A stretch of 64,000 nt of DNA from Anthoceros angustus (GCA_010909165.1 MU008207.1:1-64000), one strand, 5' to 3'; positions 36,995 to 49,526 are shown, counted from the stretch's first letter. Numbers and translations are program-made. Notes: generated by a model from the sequence alone, not told the origin.

Positions 36995-39900
36995 ATGGGG
37001 ACCGGTGGGGTGTTGAGTGCGGTGGCTGCAGAGGACGACTTTGAAGGAGCGCTGAATGCTTTTAGGAGAGCTCTGAAGGAGGAGGAGAACGAGGACGAGT
37101 ATCTGGAGGATGCTGGGGAGGAGAGGATTGGTCGTGTGGGGGAAAAGTTCTTGGACGATAGCTTGTCGAGTCGTATGGAATTGGTGGCTGATTCTCAGCT
37201 GTCTTATGAGATTCCCTTGGGGGAGTTGGACGAGGAGGACACTCTGCCAGAGGGTTGGGATGAAGAGATGTCCAGTCTGGGAATGGAGGGGTTGGGAAGT
37301 GCCGAGGCGGGTGAGCATGAGCGTGAACATGAGGCGAGATTAGTGTACAGGGACTCAGAGGATGCAGATTCTGCTCGTTGTTGCCCTTCCAGCTCCCCTG
37401 CGTTCTCCCACCCTTATCTACCAGCTAGGGTGGGAGGGGAAGAAAAAAATGGTGAAAGAGAATTCGTGGAACCTGCTGTTTTACGGACCCAGCATGAGAC
37501 AGGTGGGGCTAATGATGCAGTGTTACCAGTTGAGCTGATGAGTACTGCCGCAGAAGAAGTAGTTGCTGGAGGTATGTGTCAAGTTGGGGTGGAGGGGTAT
37601 AGTTTAGTGTCTCGCTCGGAAGTTGAAGTTCGCAGAGAGGCCGAGGGTGCTGTGGAAACAGGTGAGGTACTTACAACCTTATCAGGGAAGGCATCCTCCG
37701 AGCTTCCAATCTCACCAACATCACCTGAGGGCCGTTTCTCTGCGATGGCTAATCTTGAATATATTCAGGACACTGCTCCGGATGTGAATCTAAAACCCAA
37801 GCGGGATGATGTGGATGGTACTTTTCAGCCAGTCTGGGACCCACAACAGACTGGCGAGACTGCTGTGCCTAAAATCCAAGAAGTGGAACATGCAAGAGAG
37901 CTGGAAGTGCAACGACAAGGAGGATATGCATCCTATGCTGGGGAGATACTGGAGCCAGCAATGGTGGAAGGAACAGAAGCAGATCATGAAGGAGAACTCC
38001 TGGACCCTGCACCGACAGGGAACCTGGATGAGACCAGTGGGGTTACTGGATTACCAGTAGAGTCGACGGGTACTTTCACAGAAGAAAAACTTGCTGACAG
38101 TGCATACCAGGTTGGGGCGGAGAGGTGCACTTTGGCAACTGTGCCCAAGGTTAACGAAGTTTGCAAGGAGGCAGAGGGTGCTGGGAGGCCAAGCGAGGTG
38201 CATATTGAAATTTTAAGTGCGGCACCCTCCGAGCTTCCCATCACACCAGAGTTGTTGGAGTGTAGCCAACTTCCGAGTGGTGCTGAACATACACAGGAGA
38301 GTGCTCCAGATGTGAATGCAGAAACACAACAGCTGCCCTTGGGCACGCTGAAAATGCAGGAGCTGGTTTTAGCGCCAGAGTTTGCAGGATTAAGTGGTAT
38401 ATCCTTTCATAATGGAACCCAAGATGCCAAACACTTGCCTTTGGAGCATTCAAGTAGGCAAGCGAGTTCAAAAGATGCCAATAGCCTGGAGGTTTCTGTG
38501 ACGGAGAAGCTAGAGGACATACAGGACCCCGCACCTAAGGATCAGTCTCTACCCATGGGTATAGATATTCCACGTGTAGCTCATGAGGCAATGCTGACCA
38601 TGAAGTCAGCGGTCGCTGAGCAAGATGCAGCTGTCCAAACAAGTGTAGAATACGTAGACAGCAATATGATAACTGGTCTGAACTTGGATGTAGAGACTAG
38701 GGACAACAATAATTGTTCGTCTTGGGAGTGTTTGTCATCCTCTGCAGCTGGAATGACCAATCTTCTTCCAGTTCCACGAACTGTGGAGCACTGCAATGCA
38801 GAGCAGGTGCTTGAGAAACCTGAAGCTACTCTACATGTTGTTGAGGAGATATTTTTACAATCTATTGAGCACACTATGCTCTTGTACACAAAGTCCTCTT
38901 CAGCTATAGTGCATGAAGATGAAGACATCCAGGAGGTAGACTTGGATACGCCTGGAGATGATGCAAGGCATCTTCCTGAAGATGGTGACGCCCTTGATCA
39001 TGATGTTGTGAAGGATATGCTGCACCCTGTTGGGAGCTCATCTCCTGATAAGTTGTCCCAATACAAAAGTGAAATCGCTGCTAAAGGAGCTGTGGCCAAT
39101 GGTGCAGATGATAGACGAACCCATGCGTGCCCTGAGAGTAGTTTAGCCACCAGTAATGCTGGTACGCAGGAGGACAGCATTGTAGACGAGTCCCCATCTG
39201 AGCTTGAGGCTAGAATACATGTTGACGAGGGAATGGCCGAGGGAATGGCAATACGCTCAGCAGTTTACGCTGCACACGGGTTCACACAGACCTCTTTGAA
39301 TGGAGATGACAGCATACAGGGATCCAGACTGGATGGGGATGTAATTAACGCTGGTACTATTTCTAGTTCCATGCCTGGTACTCTCCAAGCTGTGGAATGT
39401 GCTTTGCCACGCACAGCAGTGACTTTGGAAGGTGATTGTATGCCATCAGAGCGCGAGATGGAACTCATAGATCTGGTCCGTGGCGAAAATGAGGATGCTG
39501 GCTCAATGTCAGCTGCTGTCTCTGTTGCGCAACAACAGCAAGCTCAGATCGACCGAGGGGACTGCGCAGCTGAACTGGACTTAGCACCATCCATTTGCTC
39601 TAACAATATTTCTGAAAGTTCAGGACGTCGAGAAGCAGGTATTGCAAGTAGCTCTCTAACTGAAATGTATTACTTTCTCAGTAATGGCGGAAGACATGAC
39701 GAGTTTCAGCAACAGCTGCCTGTAGCTCCTGCCTCGAGCAGTGCTGAAAAGGATGGAAGCCTGTCAAGTGTGACAGGTATGTCAGGTGAAGGTGTATTGC
39801 CTTCAACGGAATGCCAGGCAACAGTATCGGTGAGTCAAGAGGTAGATGTGCTTCCTGCGACCTGTGGAACATTGCAGGATGTTGAGTTATTACAACCTTC

Positions 39901-42900
39901 AGTCCATGTTATGGAAGTACAGCCAGACAATCCCATGCTTGTTGACATCAGCGCAGTTAGGCAGGTAACACCTGGAATGTATCATGGAACGCTGAACGAG
40001 GAGAGGTCAACGTCTCAACTTGATGGAGTACAATATTATGGTAAAGCTGCAACGTATAATATAGCCTCTGTAGGGGACGAACTTGCAGCAACACCATCTG
40101 AGGGAACAGGTGGGTCTATGGAATCCATGGAACAAGGATTAAAGGTAGGATTCCTCAAATCAGTCAGAAGTGTTCCACTGTCCAAGGAAGGAACTGTGGA
40201 TGATGACTATTTACAGCAAGGGATTGAGGCTACGGCTGTCTGCTCATCTGGGCTTGTAGAAATGTCAGCAGCGCCTGATGAAGTTATTTCAGAACCAGAA
40301 GGTAGAAGCTTACATGAGAATCAGGAAGCAGGAGCCATAACTGAAATGTTCGATGGCAGGGATGCACTTCCTGGGGTTCCGGCAGATAGACAATGTGCCG
40401 GGGAGAATGGAGTTAGTGTTCTTGGCAATATTGCTGTGGGCTCTGCTACAGACTCTCAGTGCTCATTGAATGGAGCTGAGGCATCTCATCTTGTGGCCGC
40501 AACAAGGCAACATGCTGAAAACATGGAAGTCCATAAGGCTGATTGGATTCCGGAAGAAGAGGCGTGTCTTCAACCACTCCCTGGCACAGATGAAACAACT
40601 TTCAGTTGTGCGGATGATGAGATGCAGCTGGAAATGGACAGTCACAGCGATACTGCCGTGGTGGCTGGATTTGAAGAGGACAAGCCTGTGTACGTGCAGA
40701 AATCAACAGCTTTATTGGGTACAGAAAGTGATGGCAGACGTACTTGCACATCAGAACAACAAGCTACAGGGCTTGATGAGATAAGTGGAAGAGCTGGCAT
40801 TGATAATGCTTTGGGTGACAAGCAGCATGATAGAACTGGCATGTGCGAAATGTCCCTCGGCTTCACCAATGTTGATATGGGCAATGCTCAGGATGCTCAC
40901 ATTGATGGTTCTCAAGAGGGTCATAAACAACCAGGTACAGACAAGGGATTGGTTGTGGAGGATGTACCTTCTTTAGATGATGCAGGCAGAGTGCATGGTC
41001 ATCTGAAGCAACAAACCAATTCCAAGGGGGCTCATGCAGTTCCAGCAGTCTCAGAGGCTTATCAGCTAGCTGAAATTGAGAAATCCCGTGAAATCTTAAG
41101 AGCGGAGGCCAGAAGGGCATTAGCATTTGAATGTGCTGAGGTCAATGAGGTAGAGAAAACGACAGTCTTGCACAAGGCCTTTGTCAGCTACGGCGCAACA
41201 ACTGCCAGAAGCTTCAGGGACAGAGAGACTGGGCAGAATGTTCAAGTCCGTGGAGACTGGAGCTCAGACATTGAAGATGGCCCTGAAGAGGACGACCCGG
41301 TCTCATGTCTTACTGAGAGCTTGGCTGATGTAACCAAATTGGCAAAGGAAGTCGCTGATGCAGAGGAACCATGTGGTGTGGGAGATATGGATCACACAAC
41401 TATGTCGTTTTGGAATGAGGGCGAGGAGCACATATCGAAAACTGATCCTTCCGATGAAGTGCAGGACTTGTTTAATGTGGGAAGTATTAATAATGAGAGA
41501 GGCTCTGTTAGAAAGTCAGACGGAGATACAGGGATTGCTTGCAAGCCTTCCAGGTGTCTTGAAGGTGCTCCAGTCACGGAATTGTTGTATTCGTCAGCTA
41601 TGGATGTTGAACGACTTGATGAAGAGGAAGGCGCTGACACAAAGTTGACGTTGACAGTTGGGCTTCAAGATGACCGTAGTAACTTGCAGCCATTTGTGCA
41701 CCTTCAGAGTTTTCAGGGTTGTTTCCAACCTCAGAAGGCAACTTCCTTGTTGTCAGGAAATCAGCTTGAAGGAGAGGACTCTTCTGACACAAAGCTCTGT
41801 TTGAACTCTGGATTGGTAGGGAATATCATTAAGGAACAGAACGTCATCTTGGACCTTCCTTCAATGGAGGCCGGATCTGCTTCTGAGGAAATTTCGCCTG
41901 CTACAGAAGTTACTGTTCAGAAACACTCCTCGGAACAAGCAGTTGGTCCAGTGGAGCTGGGATTTGCTGTTGGATTAGACGATAGCTGTGAATTGAATCA
42001 GGCTGTTAGGGCTAATGGTGTATATGAGGCAATATCAATGACGGAAGACATAAATTCAGATCCAGGGAGTTTGCGTTCTACTGCTAAGGATTCCAGAGGG
42101 GCTGGGCCGACACTTGGGAATACCCTGGTGTACTCAGAGCTAAGGGCTTTGATGGACTTCGTGAAAACACAGAGCTCCCCTCCTGAGGAGGTAGCATCTG
42201 TGGCAGATGATTTGATATCTTCAGGTCCAAGTGTAGTTGATGCCTTACCTCATCAGGACACGTGCCCGTCTGATTTGGGTAGTGACATGAAAGCGCTATG
42301 TGCTGGTAATATACCTTGTGAAAGTGATCAGTTAGAAGCAGGGGCGGCGAAGGCTGTCGGAGAAAATGAACATCCCTTGGCTGTCAGAGAGAATGAACAT
42401 CCCTTGGAGTCCACTTTGATTGTTGACTTGCAACACTCACCGACTGGTGGTGGGGTCACAACAGAAGCTGCTAAGGACGGTCTCTTATCAGGCAAGTCAA
42501 GTGTTAGGACCTTTCAGGGCGATCACGGCACAGTGACTGAGGGTGGAGAACATCAGGTTCCTGACATATCCCCATCAACTCACGCCCCCTCGTCTGGGAT
42601 GAGGGGTCCGACAGCTACAACGTCTGGTACAGCTAGGTCTCAGGAAATGGCGGAAAGTCCGACAGTTCCACCTGCTGATGACTCTGTAACCCCAAGCACA
42701 AGAGGGGTGAAGAGGGGAGCAATTTTTCAAACGTACAAGCCCAGGAAAAGAGCTTCCAAGGAACCCCAGCAGATACCAGCTACAAATAGTGCTGACAGTT
42801 TGCAGACGAGCTGCCCGACAAGAAGAGGAGGGGCCAATGATGAACAAGGGATAGGGGTGACGAGGAGCTTAACTGGTCCCCATGAGCACCTTGTAGTTGT

Positions 42901-44602
42901 TGGAGACTTATCGAGTACAACGAGCTGGATCCCTGTAGAGATTCCCATTCTCCAAGAGAAACCTAAACAGAGGTTGAAGACACTAGCAAGGAAGAGGGTT
43001 TCGGATGCTGAGAGTCTTCCAGATGCTGATAGTCAGCCTGCTAAGCGATCATTCTCAACTTCAAGAACAGTTCCTCACCATCAACCTTTCGGTCAGTCTA
43101 GTTTCCCTCCAGTTGTGACCCCTCCTTCTGATGTATGGCCAATGAGGCGGATGGATCATCAACCTTCTGTTGCAGGACCAGCACTTCCTACAGCAGCAAC
43201 TCGGACCCCTCTCGGGGCCCCTCTACACACAGAAAGTGACTTTGCCACTGGTGAGACCCAGTGGTTTGCAGCACAAGACGGTGCTACCAATCCCCACGTG
43301 TCAGGTGCCAGCCTTCATCCCCTACCAGATCCTCCAGCAAGTTGGCCATTTGGGCCCATGGCGCAAACTGTCCACCCAGCTGATTCGCAGAGGGGGGTTC
43401 TTCCTGCTGTTCAAGACCAACCAGCGGCTATGCAGGCCCCCAAAGCCACCAAGAGACAACCCCGGCGGAAGGGGCAGACTGTTGCTGGTGGTATTCCTGC
43501 TGTGGAGTCTCCAGCAGCTGGCGGAACTGAGCTGCCTCGGACAAATGGCAGGCAGAAGCGACAGACTCATGCAACAGGCACAGGTGAGCTCAACGTTAGT
43601 CAGCTAAAGCAAGACGTTCACCGAGTGCGCAATATAATTAGCAGGAGGCTGGAAGCATTGGGCTCTCATTGTAATCTTCTTCTTCAGGTGTTTTGTCGAT
43701 AACTTGTTGCCCCTTGTGATTCGTTTCCTTGTTGGTTATGAAGCTCTTGAGTATCCTAGCCAGGAAAGAAGCATAGGTTCTGAGGTTGTCCCATGAAATT
43801 TGTAGCAACAAAGCCCTCATGTGCTTCTATGCCTCTCTACAGGACATGGGCACGGAAGGGGATGTGGACTTGGCGGCCACTGAAAGTCGTCGCCATTTGA
43901 TCTTCAGCGAAGATCAGAGGGAGGAGTTTGTGCAGAGGGTGGTGAAGAGCTGTCGAACAAATAGTCGGACGAGAACATGGTTCCTTGGTAATGACAACTT
44001 TAAAACAGCTCTACCCTTCTGTGAAAGGATCTTATATGCGGACTCTTTTTACAGGTACTGTTAGGATTTTCTTACATGAGGACTTTTTTGACAGGTACTG
44101 TTCGCAAAATAGCTTCTTACGGTGTCATGAAAGACGCAGCATCAAAAATACTCTCTGAGGTGTGTACACATCCTAGTGAGGGTGTCTTTTGATCATTTTG
44201 CACAGCCAATGCGCGCTAACAATGGCCTGAATGCTACAACTGATGACAGGGCCATTGTGAGACTGCTGAAGATGTAGTGACAGCCTGGGAGAGAAGGAAA
44301 TCAGACCCGTCTGACTCCCACGACTCGTTTTTGAACTTGTGTCATACTGTTGATGAGGTGAGGCAGCTTTCGAAGCACAAAGTGCTGTATTCAGATTCCG
44401 GTGGTTGGTTGATGCTTTGGTATTGCTTACTTGTATGCAGCTCCACAAGCAAGGCAGTGGGTTGTTCGATGGACTTGTGGCTTCAGAAGACACAGAATCA
44501 AGCTTGCTGAAGCGCACAGAGGATGGAAAATGGGATCTTCAGATACCGCCTCAAGTTACAAAAACGCCTCGAAAGCGACGCGGTTCAGGATCAGAGAAGT
44601 AG
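36995..44602 (+). CDS. Very large (~2390 aa) acidic, probably disordered protein of unknown function; exons 36995-43687, 43843-43987, 44095-44159, 44250-44357, 44441-44602
   Basis: Uninterrupted 6.7-kb ORF followed by four small exons joined in frame by GT-AG introns. C-terminal PRKRR is NLS-like. No recognised domain. The start may extend to an upstream exon near 36717-36811. Confidence 0.8.
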
Positions 44603-44927
44603 GGGTTGGGGCCTCCTTTCTGTAGGAGACTGAACAACCGTCGCTTAGAAGCCTGTGTACAGTACTGAACAATTCTTTTGTAGTTATTTAACCGATAGGG
44701 ACATTTATGGACTACCTATGTAAACTCTTGTTCTTTCTGGGGGTAAACACTTTGGGGTGTGGGAATTTAAGTCAACGTCATGGTCAGCTGAGCCTTTTCC
44801 CCAAAACAGGGCAACACGTATCTACGTCTTGGTATTGAAGACAGTGCTCTCAAGCTTGGCCCATATCAGGCTGGTAGTTCGGAGTTTTTGTTATGGTTTC
44901 TTTGTGAACTTGACCAACCCAGTAACC

Positions 44928-45508
44928 ATGTCTGAAAAGCCTCTGTCTAACAGAGTAGTTCTGATGACAATGTTCCTTGTCTTCTGGTCCTTTTCATGTA
45001 CAGCAGTTAATGCCAGGAACCTCCCTCGTCCAGGTATGAGCTCGAGGAAGTAGATTCGTCATCGTGAAGCTTGCATTCAGCTGCTGCTGCTGCTCAGAGG
45101 TGTGAAATGACATGAGCTCGGATTTTGATTTTTAGGTTCTGTACAGCAGGTGAGCTCTAGGCAAGTGGGGGAACCCGAGTCTGCAGTGCTTGATCTTGAG
45201 CAGGTATTTACCCGACCTCTATTTTCCTCGCTTGTTCGGCTGAGCTCCTGTTAAGACATGTCAAGGAGATAGTCAAAGACATCCTCTGCTACATGCAGAC
45301 GTGGGACAGAGATGCAGGCCGGCCAGCTTCCCTGAGCCTTAGAGAACTGGCATACGATGACGAACGCTTCAGGCGGTTCTTCCCCGGGGGAAGGAGAATT
45401 CCTAAAGCACCACCCACTGTGCATGACTGTGTACACGATGCACCAGAGCCATCGGGGTCCCGGCCCATCAGTGTTTTGGGAAATCCTGGGTCCGTGTTTG
45501 CACCCTGA
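44928..45508 (+). CDS. Small secreted peptide precursor A (~127 aa); exons 44928-45033, 45136-45203, 45299-45508
   Basis: Signal peptide VVLMTMFLVFWSFSCTAVNA|RNLP, two in-frame GT-AG introns, and the near-C-terminal motif RRIPKAPPTVHD. Confidence 0.72.
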
Positions 45509-46306
45509 GTAGGTAGTCGAACCAGGGACTGTACTTCTTCGAAGCTGTTGACCGCATTCAGATTAATGCAAGCAAGAACGTTTTCCCCCCTTGGAACTCC
45601 TGTATCTGGTTAAAAACTGGCGTTGAACATGATCGCCATCGGTACACCAGAAACGACGAGTAAATTGTTCCAGAATCCTGATTGAAAAGCCCATTGTAGT
45701 TGATCTTCATGAAGTACCAGGAATGTATGACGTAAGCACAGGACATACCTCTCCTGGAAGTGTGGCTCCGGAACAGGCTTCAAAGCATTCAAATGGTGAC
45801 TTCACGTTTTTTTGAGGCTCCGGCCAGACGGGCTGACTGCACTGGGCTCGACCCTTGAGGGGAGCCGCAGAGTTGAGAGTCCTGGTTAACTGTGCTGGCT
45901 GTGATGGTGTGGTGCTTCATTCAAGGCGTTCCTGGAGCTGGCTCGTTCTCAGAGTTGCACATTCACTTTTGACGAATATTCTCCTTCTGGGCATTGTAAT
46001 TACACATCTTCGCCGTTTGATTTTGATAGGCACATGGACATTAAAACACATTTACACATCATGCCTATCAGATGCCCACACGCCTTACAGATTTCTACAT
46101 CTTGATAGGTACGTGTACATCCGCAAGGGATGTTCTCAGCCTTCTTGTGCACCAGTCCGCCCCTGCTCAGAGGGCAACTTTGTATGCCTTGTGTGAGGCC
46201 TTCTGGATGAGAACCCCACCATCTCTATCAATCACGGAACGCAAGACAATATGAATGTAATTCACTGGCAGCATGCCTCATGATGCCTTCACCAGACTCT
46301 TTGGCC

Positions 46307-46908
46307 ATGAGCTCACATGCTTACTATCCAGCTGCAATATTGATCACGCTGCTGCAGCTTTTTTCATTGTGCTGCTTTCTGGAGGCTCAAGGTCACCGCC
46401 AAACCCTTGCTGTGGTGAGATACTTGAAGGTAAAACTTGGCTTCAGTTGGCTCCGTTTGAACAGGTCTTTTGTCAACTTCATGAAACTGAGGGGTTCTTC
46501 CTCTTTGCTCGTCCAATGCCTTTTGCCGCCTTCTGATGTTCACGCGTGCAGTTTTCTGCAGAGGTTCTGGAACACGCTGATTGCAGCAGTGGCTGTGGGA
46601 AACATACCAGTTCGCTGTTACCAGAACCTTCACACAGGCGACAAGATTACTACCTGCGAGGCACCACCTAACTTCTCGACTTGGGCTATACTATTGAAGC
46701 TTATCCAGCGTTCTTCAAGCCACTGCCGAGCCAGCTGTTAGGAGAACGCAGGAGAGTTCAAAGAATAATCCCCATGCCTCCACCAGTGCCTCGTTTCGAT
46801 AAAGTGCCGACGCCCTCACCAGCACCACCACTGCCCCGTTTTCATAAAGTGCCGAGGCCTTCACCAGCACCACCGTCTGAAACATGGAATCAGCTCCATG
46901 GTTGCTGA
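46307..46908 (+). pseudogene. Small secreted peptide precursor B1, paralog of 48752-49274, with a premature stop (TAA 46669-46671)
   Basis: Signal peptide in exon 46307-46429. Exon 2 is colinear with B2, but has CAA>TAA and the homologous acceptor changed from AG to AC. The C-terminus has a twice-repeated PRFxKVPxPSPAPP. Confidence 0.65.
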
Positions 46909-47149
46909 AGACATGATAGATAACACACTAGGTAGATGTAGGTACAAGGTTATTCGCCCCTAAGCAGATGGACCCCGTCGAGTGTAGAAGACAGAATCGT
47001 CTGGACCTCGAGTCTGGGTATCATTGTTGCATTCTCTTTGATGGCAGGTGTGGTGGATAAAATTGTCCAACGATCACGCAAATGGGTGACAAGACTATGG
47101 ACAGTCGGGATGTCTAGTGCAGCAATGTCTAGAGCACAAAGATATTCAC

Positions 47150-47220
47150 AGGAGAGTTGGCCTCACAACCAGGGGGCTCGTACCATAATGAATTTCATCG
47201 CAGCATTGCAAGGTGCCGGA
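47150..47220 (-). pseudogene. Remnant of the subtilase C-terminal coding tail
   Basis: CACAACCAGGGGGCTCGTA...TGCAAGGTGCC matches 49546-49598. Confidence 0.7.
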
Positions 47221-47244
47221 CGAGTATTATCTGTAGTGGATCTT

Positions 47245-47445
47245 CATAGGTTCTGTACAACAGGTGAGCTTAAGGAAAGTGAGTATGCACTACTTGACCT
47301 TCGGTAGGTATTTTCCTGAGCTGTATTTTTCTCACTGGTGTGGCTGAGATCCAGTTAAGACATGGTGAATGGCAACTTCTGCTACATGCTCACGGCCGGC
47401 CAGCTTTCCTGAGCCTTAGAGAACTGGTGTATGATGAGGAGCCGT
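47245..47445 (+). pseudogene. Partial copy of precursor gene A (exons 2-3, no signal-peptide exon)
   Basis: TAGGTTCTGTACAACAGGTGAGC and GGCCGGCCAGCTTTCCTGAGCCTTAGAGAACTGG match 45133-45360. An in-frame stop is present. Confidence 0.7.
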
Positions 47446-47745
47446 TGAGCGCCCACTATATTCGCGTGCTGGTGTAAACAGGGCACCAGTGTAAACATGC
47501 CACCATTTCCTGAGGGAATGGTCCGTCCCTCGGCACCTCAGGCTCATCATTTCGGCTGTGTAGGTTGGCTTGTTATGTCGAACTCCTCCGTTTTGATGAC
47601 CTCCGCGTAGATTATGTCGTCCACCACTCCTACTTATGCTGGAGTGATAACTTGCAATGAGAGAAAATGTCAGGTCTATCTTGTCCGCCATCTCTTATGC
47701 ACTTTCTTGAGGGTGTAGTATTGCCCCTTCGTGTTGTGCACCATT

Positions 47746-48141
47746 TGTTGCACCTTCATGCGCAGCGCATATGACAATGCGGGAGTCCCCGGCCCACTGA
47801 TGTTGTTGCACCTTCATGCATAGCGCATATGGAATGTGGGAGTCCTCGGCCTATCGATGTTGTTGCACCTTCATGCGTAGCGCATATAGAATGTGGGAGT
47901 CCTCAACCTATCGATGTTGTTGCACCTTCATGCCTAGCGCATATGGAATGTGGGAGTCCTCGGCCGATGGATGTTGTTGCACCTTCATGCGCATATGGAA
48001 TGCGGGAGTCCTCGGCCCATCGATGTTGTTGCACCTTCATGCGCAACGCATATGGCAATGCGAGAGTCCCAACCCATCCATGTTGTTGCACCTTGATGTG
48101 CAGCGCTTATGACAATGCGGGAGTCTCCGGCCCATCGATGT
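47746..48141 (+). repeat. Minisatellite, 7 copies of a ~57-bp unit
   Basis: Units beginning TGTTGCACCTTCATGC at 47746, 47804, 47861, 47918, 47975, 48027 and 48084, with no unique spacers. Confidence 0.95.
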
Positions 48142-48751
48142 TTCAGGAAATTCGGGTTTCATGTTTGCACCCCGCGTAGGTAGTGGAACAGGGACTGTGC
48201 TTCTTGAAGATGCACACCTACCTCCGATATGAACCTATGCTGAACCACCCAACAAGACTACTTTCTTCTTTTATCATACTCCGTACATCACAAACGAGGA
48301 GCAATTGGAATTCCCAGTTCATAAAATATCAGGAATCTATGACGTACGCACAGAACATACATTTCCTGAAAGTGTGGTTTCGGAACCGGATCCAGACTCC
48401 GAAGCATTCAAATGGCGACTTCACGTTGTTTTGACGCTCTGGCTAGAAGGGCAAACTGCACCAAGCTCGAGCCTCGATGAGAGCCGCAGAGTTGACAGTC
48501 ATGGTTGACTCAGCTGGCTGTGAGATGTGGTGCTTGATTCAAGAAGTTCCCAATGGCCCATTCTCAAGTTCCACATGCACTTTTGACATTCCTATAAAGC
48601 TAACGAATATTCTCCCTCTGAGCTTTCTCATATATCTTGGACGCCATTTAATATTGATGGGGACGGCGACACTACATCTCTAAGGCATGTCTCACGTTTT
48701 CAGCGAATGCAACACAGTCGGAATGTAATGGCTTTACCGAACTCCTTGGGA

Positions 48752-49274
48752 ATGAGCTCACATGCTCACTGTCGAGCTGCAATATTGATCACGATGTTGC
48801 AGCTCTTCTCATTATGCAGCTTTCTGGAGGCAGAAGGTCATGTCCACACACTCGCTGTGGGATACGGGAAGGTGAACTTGGTGTCTTCAGTTGGCACCAT
48901 TTGAACAAATCTTTGTCAACATGAAATGGAGGGGTTCTTATTGTTTGCTCTTCGAATGACTAAAGCCGCCTTCTGCTGTTGTTCAGGAGTCCAGTTTGCA
49001 CAGCAAGGAACACGCTTATTGCAGTGGCTGCGGGAAGCATAATAAACCGCTGTTGCCGAAACCTTCGCAGAGACGACGAGATAACTACCTGCGAGGCACC
49101 ACTCAACTTCTCGACTTGGGCTATACTATGGAAGGTCATCCAGCTTTCTACGAGCTGCTGCCAAGCCCGCTGTTAGGAGAACCCAGGAGCTTCAGAAGAA
49201 TCCCCCTGCCTCCACCAATCGCCCATGACTCAAGGCCCACGCCACCGCTTGAATACATGACACTAGATCCGTAG
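48752..49274 (+). CDS. Small secreted peptide precursor B2 (135 aa); exons 48752-48871 and 48987-49274
   Basis: Signal peptide AAILITMLQLFSLCSFLEAEG, a phase-0 GT-AG intron, an intact frame and the motif RRIPLPPPIAHD near the C-terminus. Confidence 0.72.
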
Positions 49275-49526
49275 CTGCTGAAGAGATGATAGGATCAAAC
49301 AATAAATACATAGCTACAAGGTAATTTGCCCCTACCATCATGAAGCAGATGGACCTCGTCGAGTCTGGAAGATAGAATCTTCTGGTTCTCGAGTCTGTCA
49401 TTGTTGCGTCTTTCCTTTCATGGCAAGTGTGGTGAATAAAATATCCAACAATCAAGCAAATGGACCATGAAAAAAGTGGACAGAAGGGGGTCGTCGACAG
49501 CAGGAATGTCCAGAGCACATAATTAA

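Noticed and set aside
36995-43702. TOC159-family import receptor (long acidic A-domain)
   Set aside because: No AIG1-type GTPase motifs or M-domain follow the acidic region, and the C-terminus is short and NLS-like.
46669-46671. Stop codon repaired by U-to-C RNA editing
   Set aside because: Such editing is known from organellar transcripts of hornworts, ferns and some lycophytes, not from nuclear mRNAs.
47746-48141. CRISPR-like array
   Set aside because: The units are contiguous near-identical 57-mers with no unique spacers, there are no cas genes, and the context is eukaryotic. It is a minisatellite.
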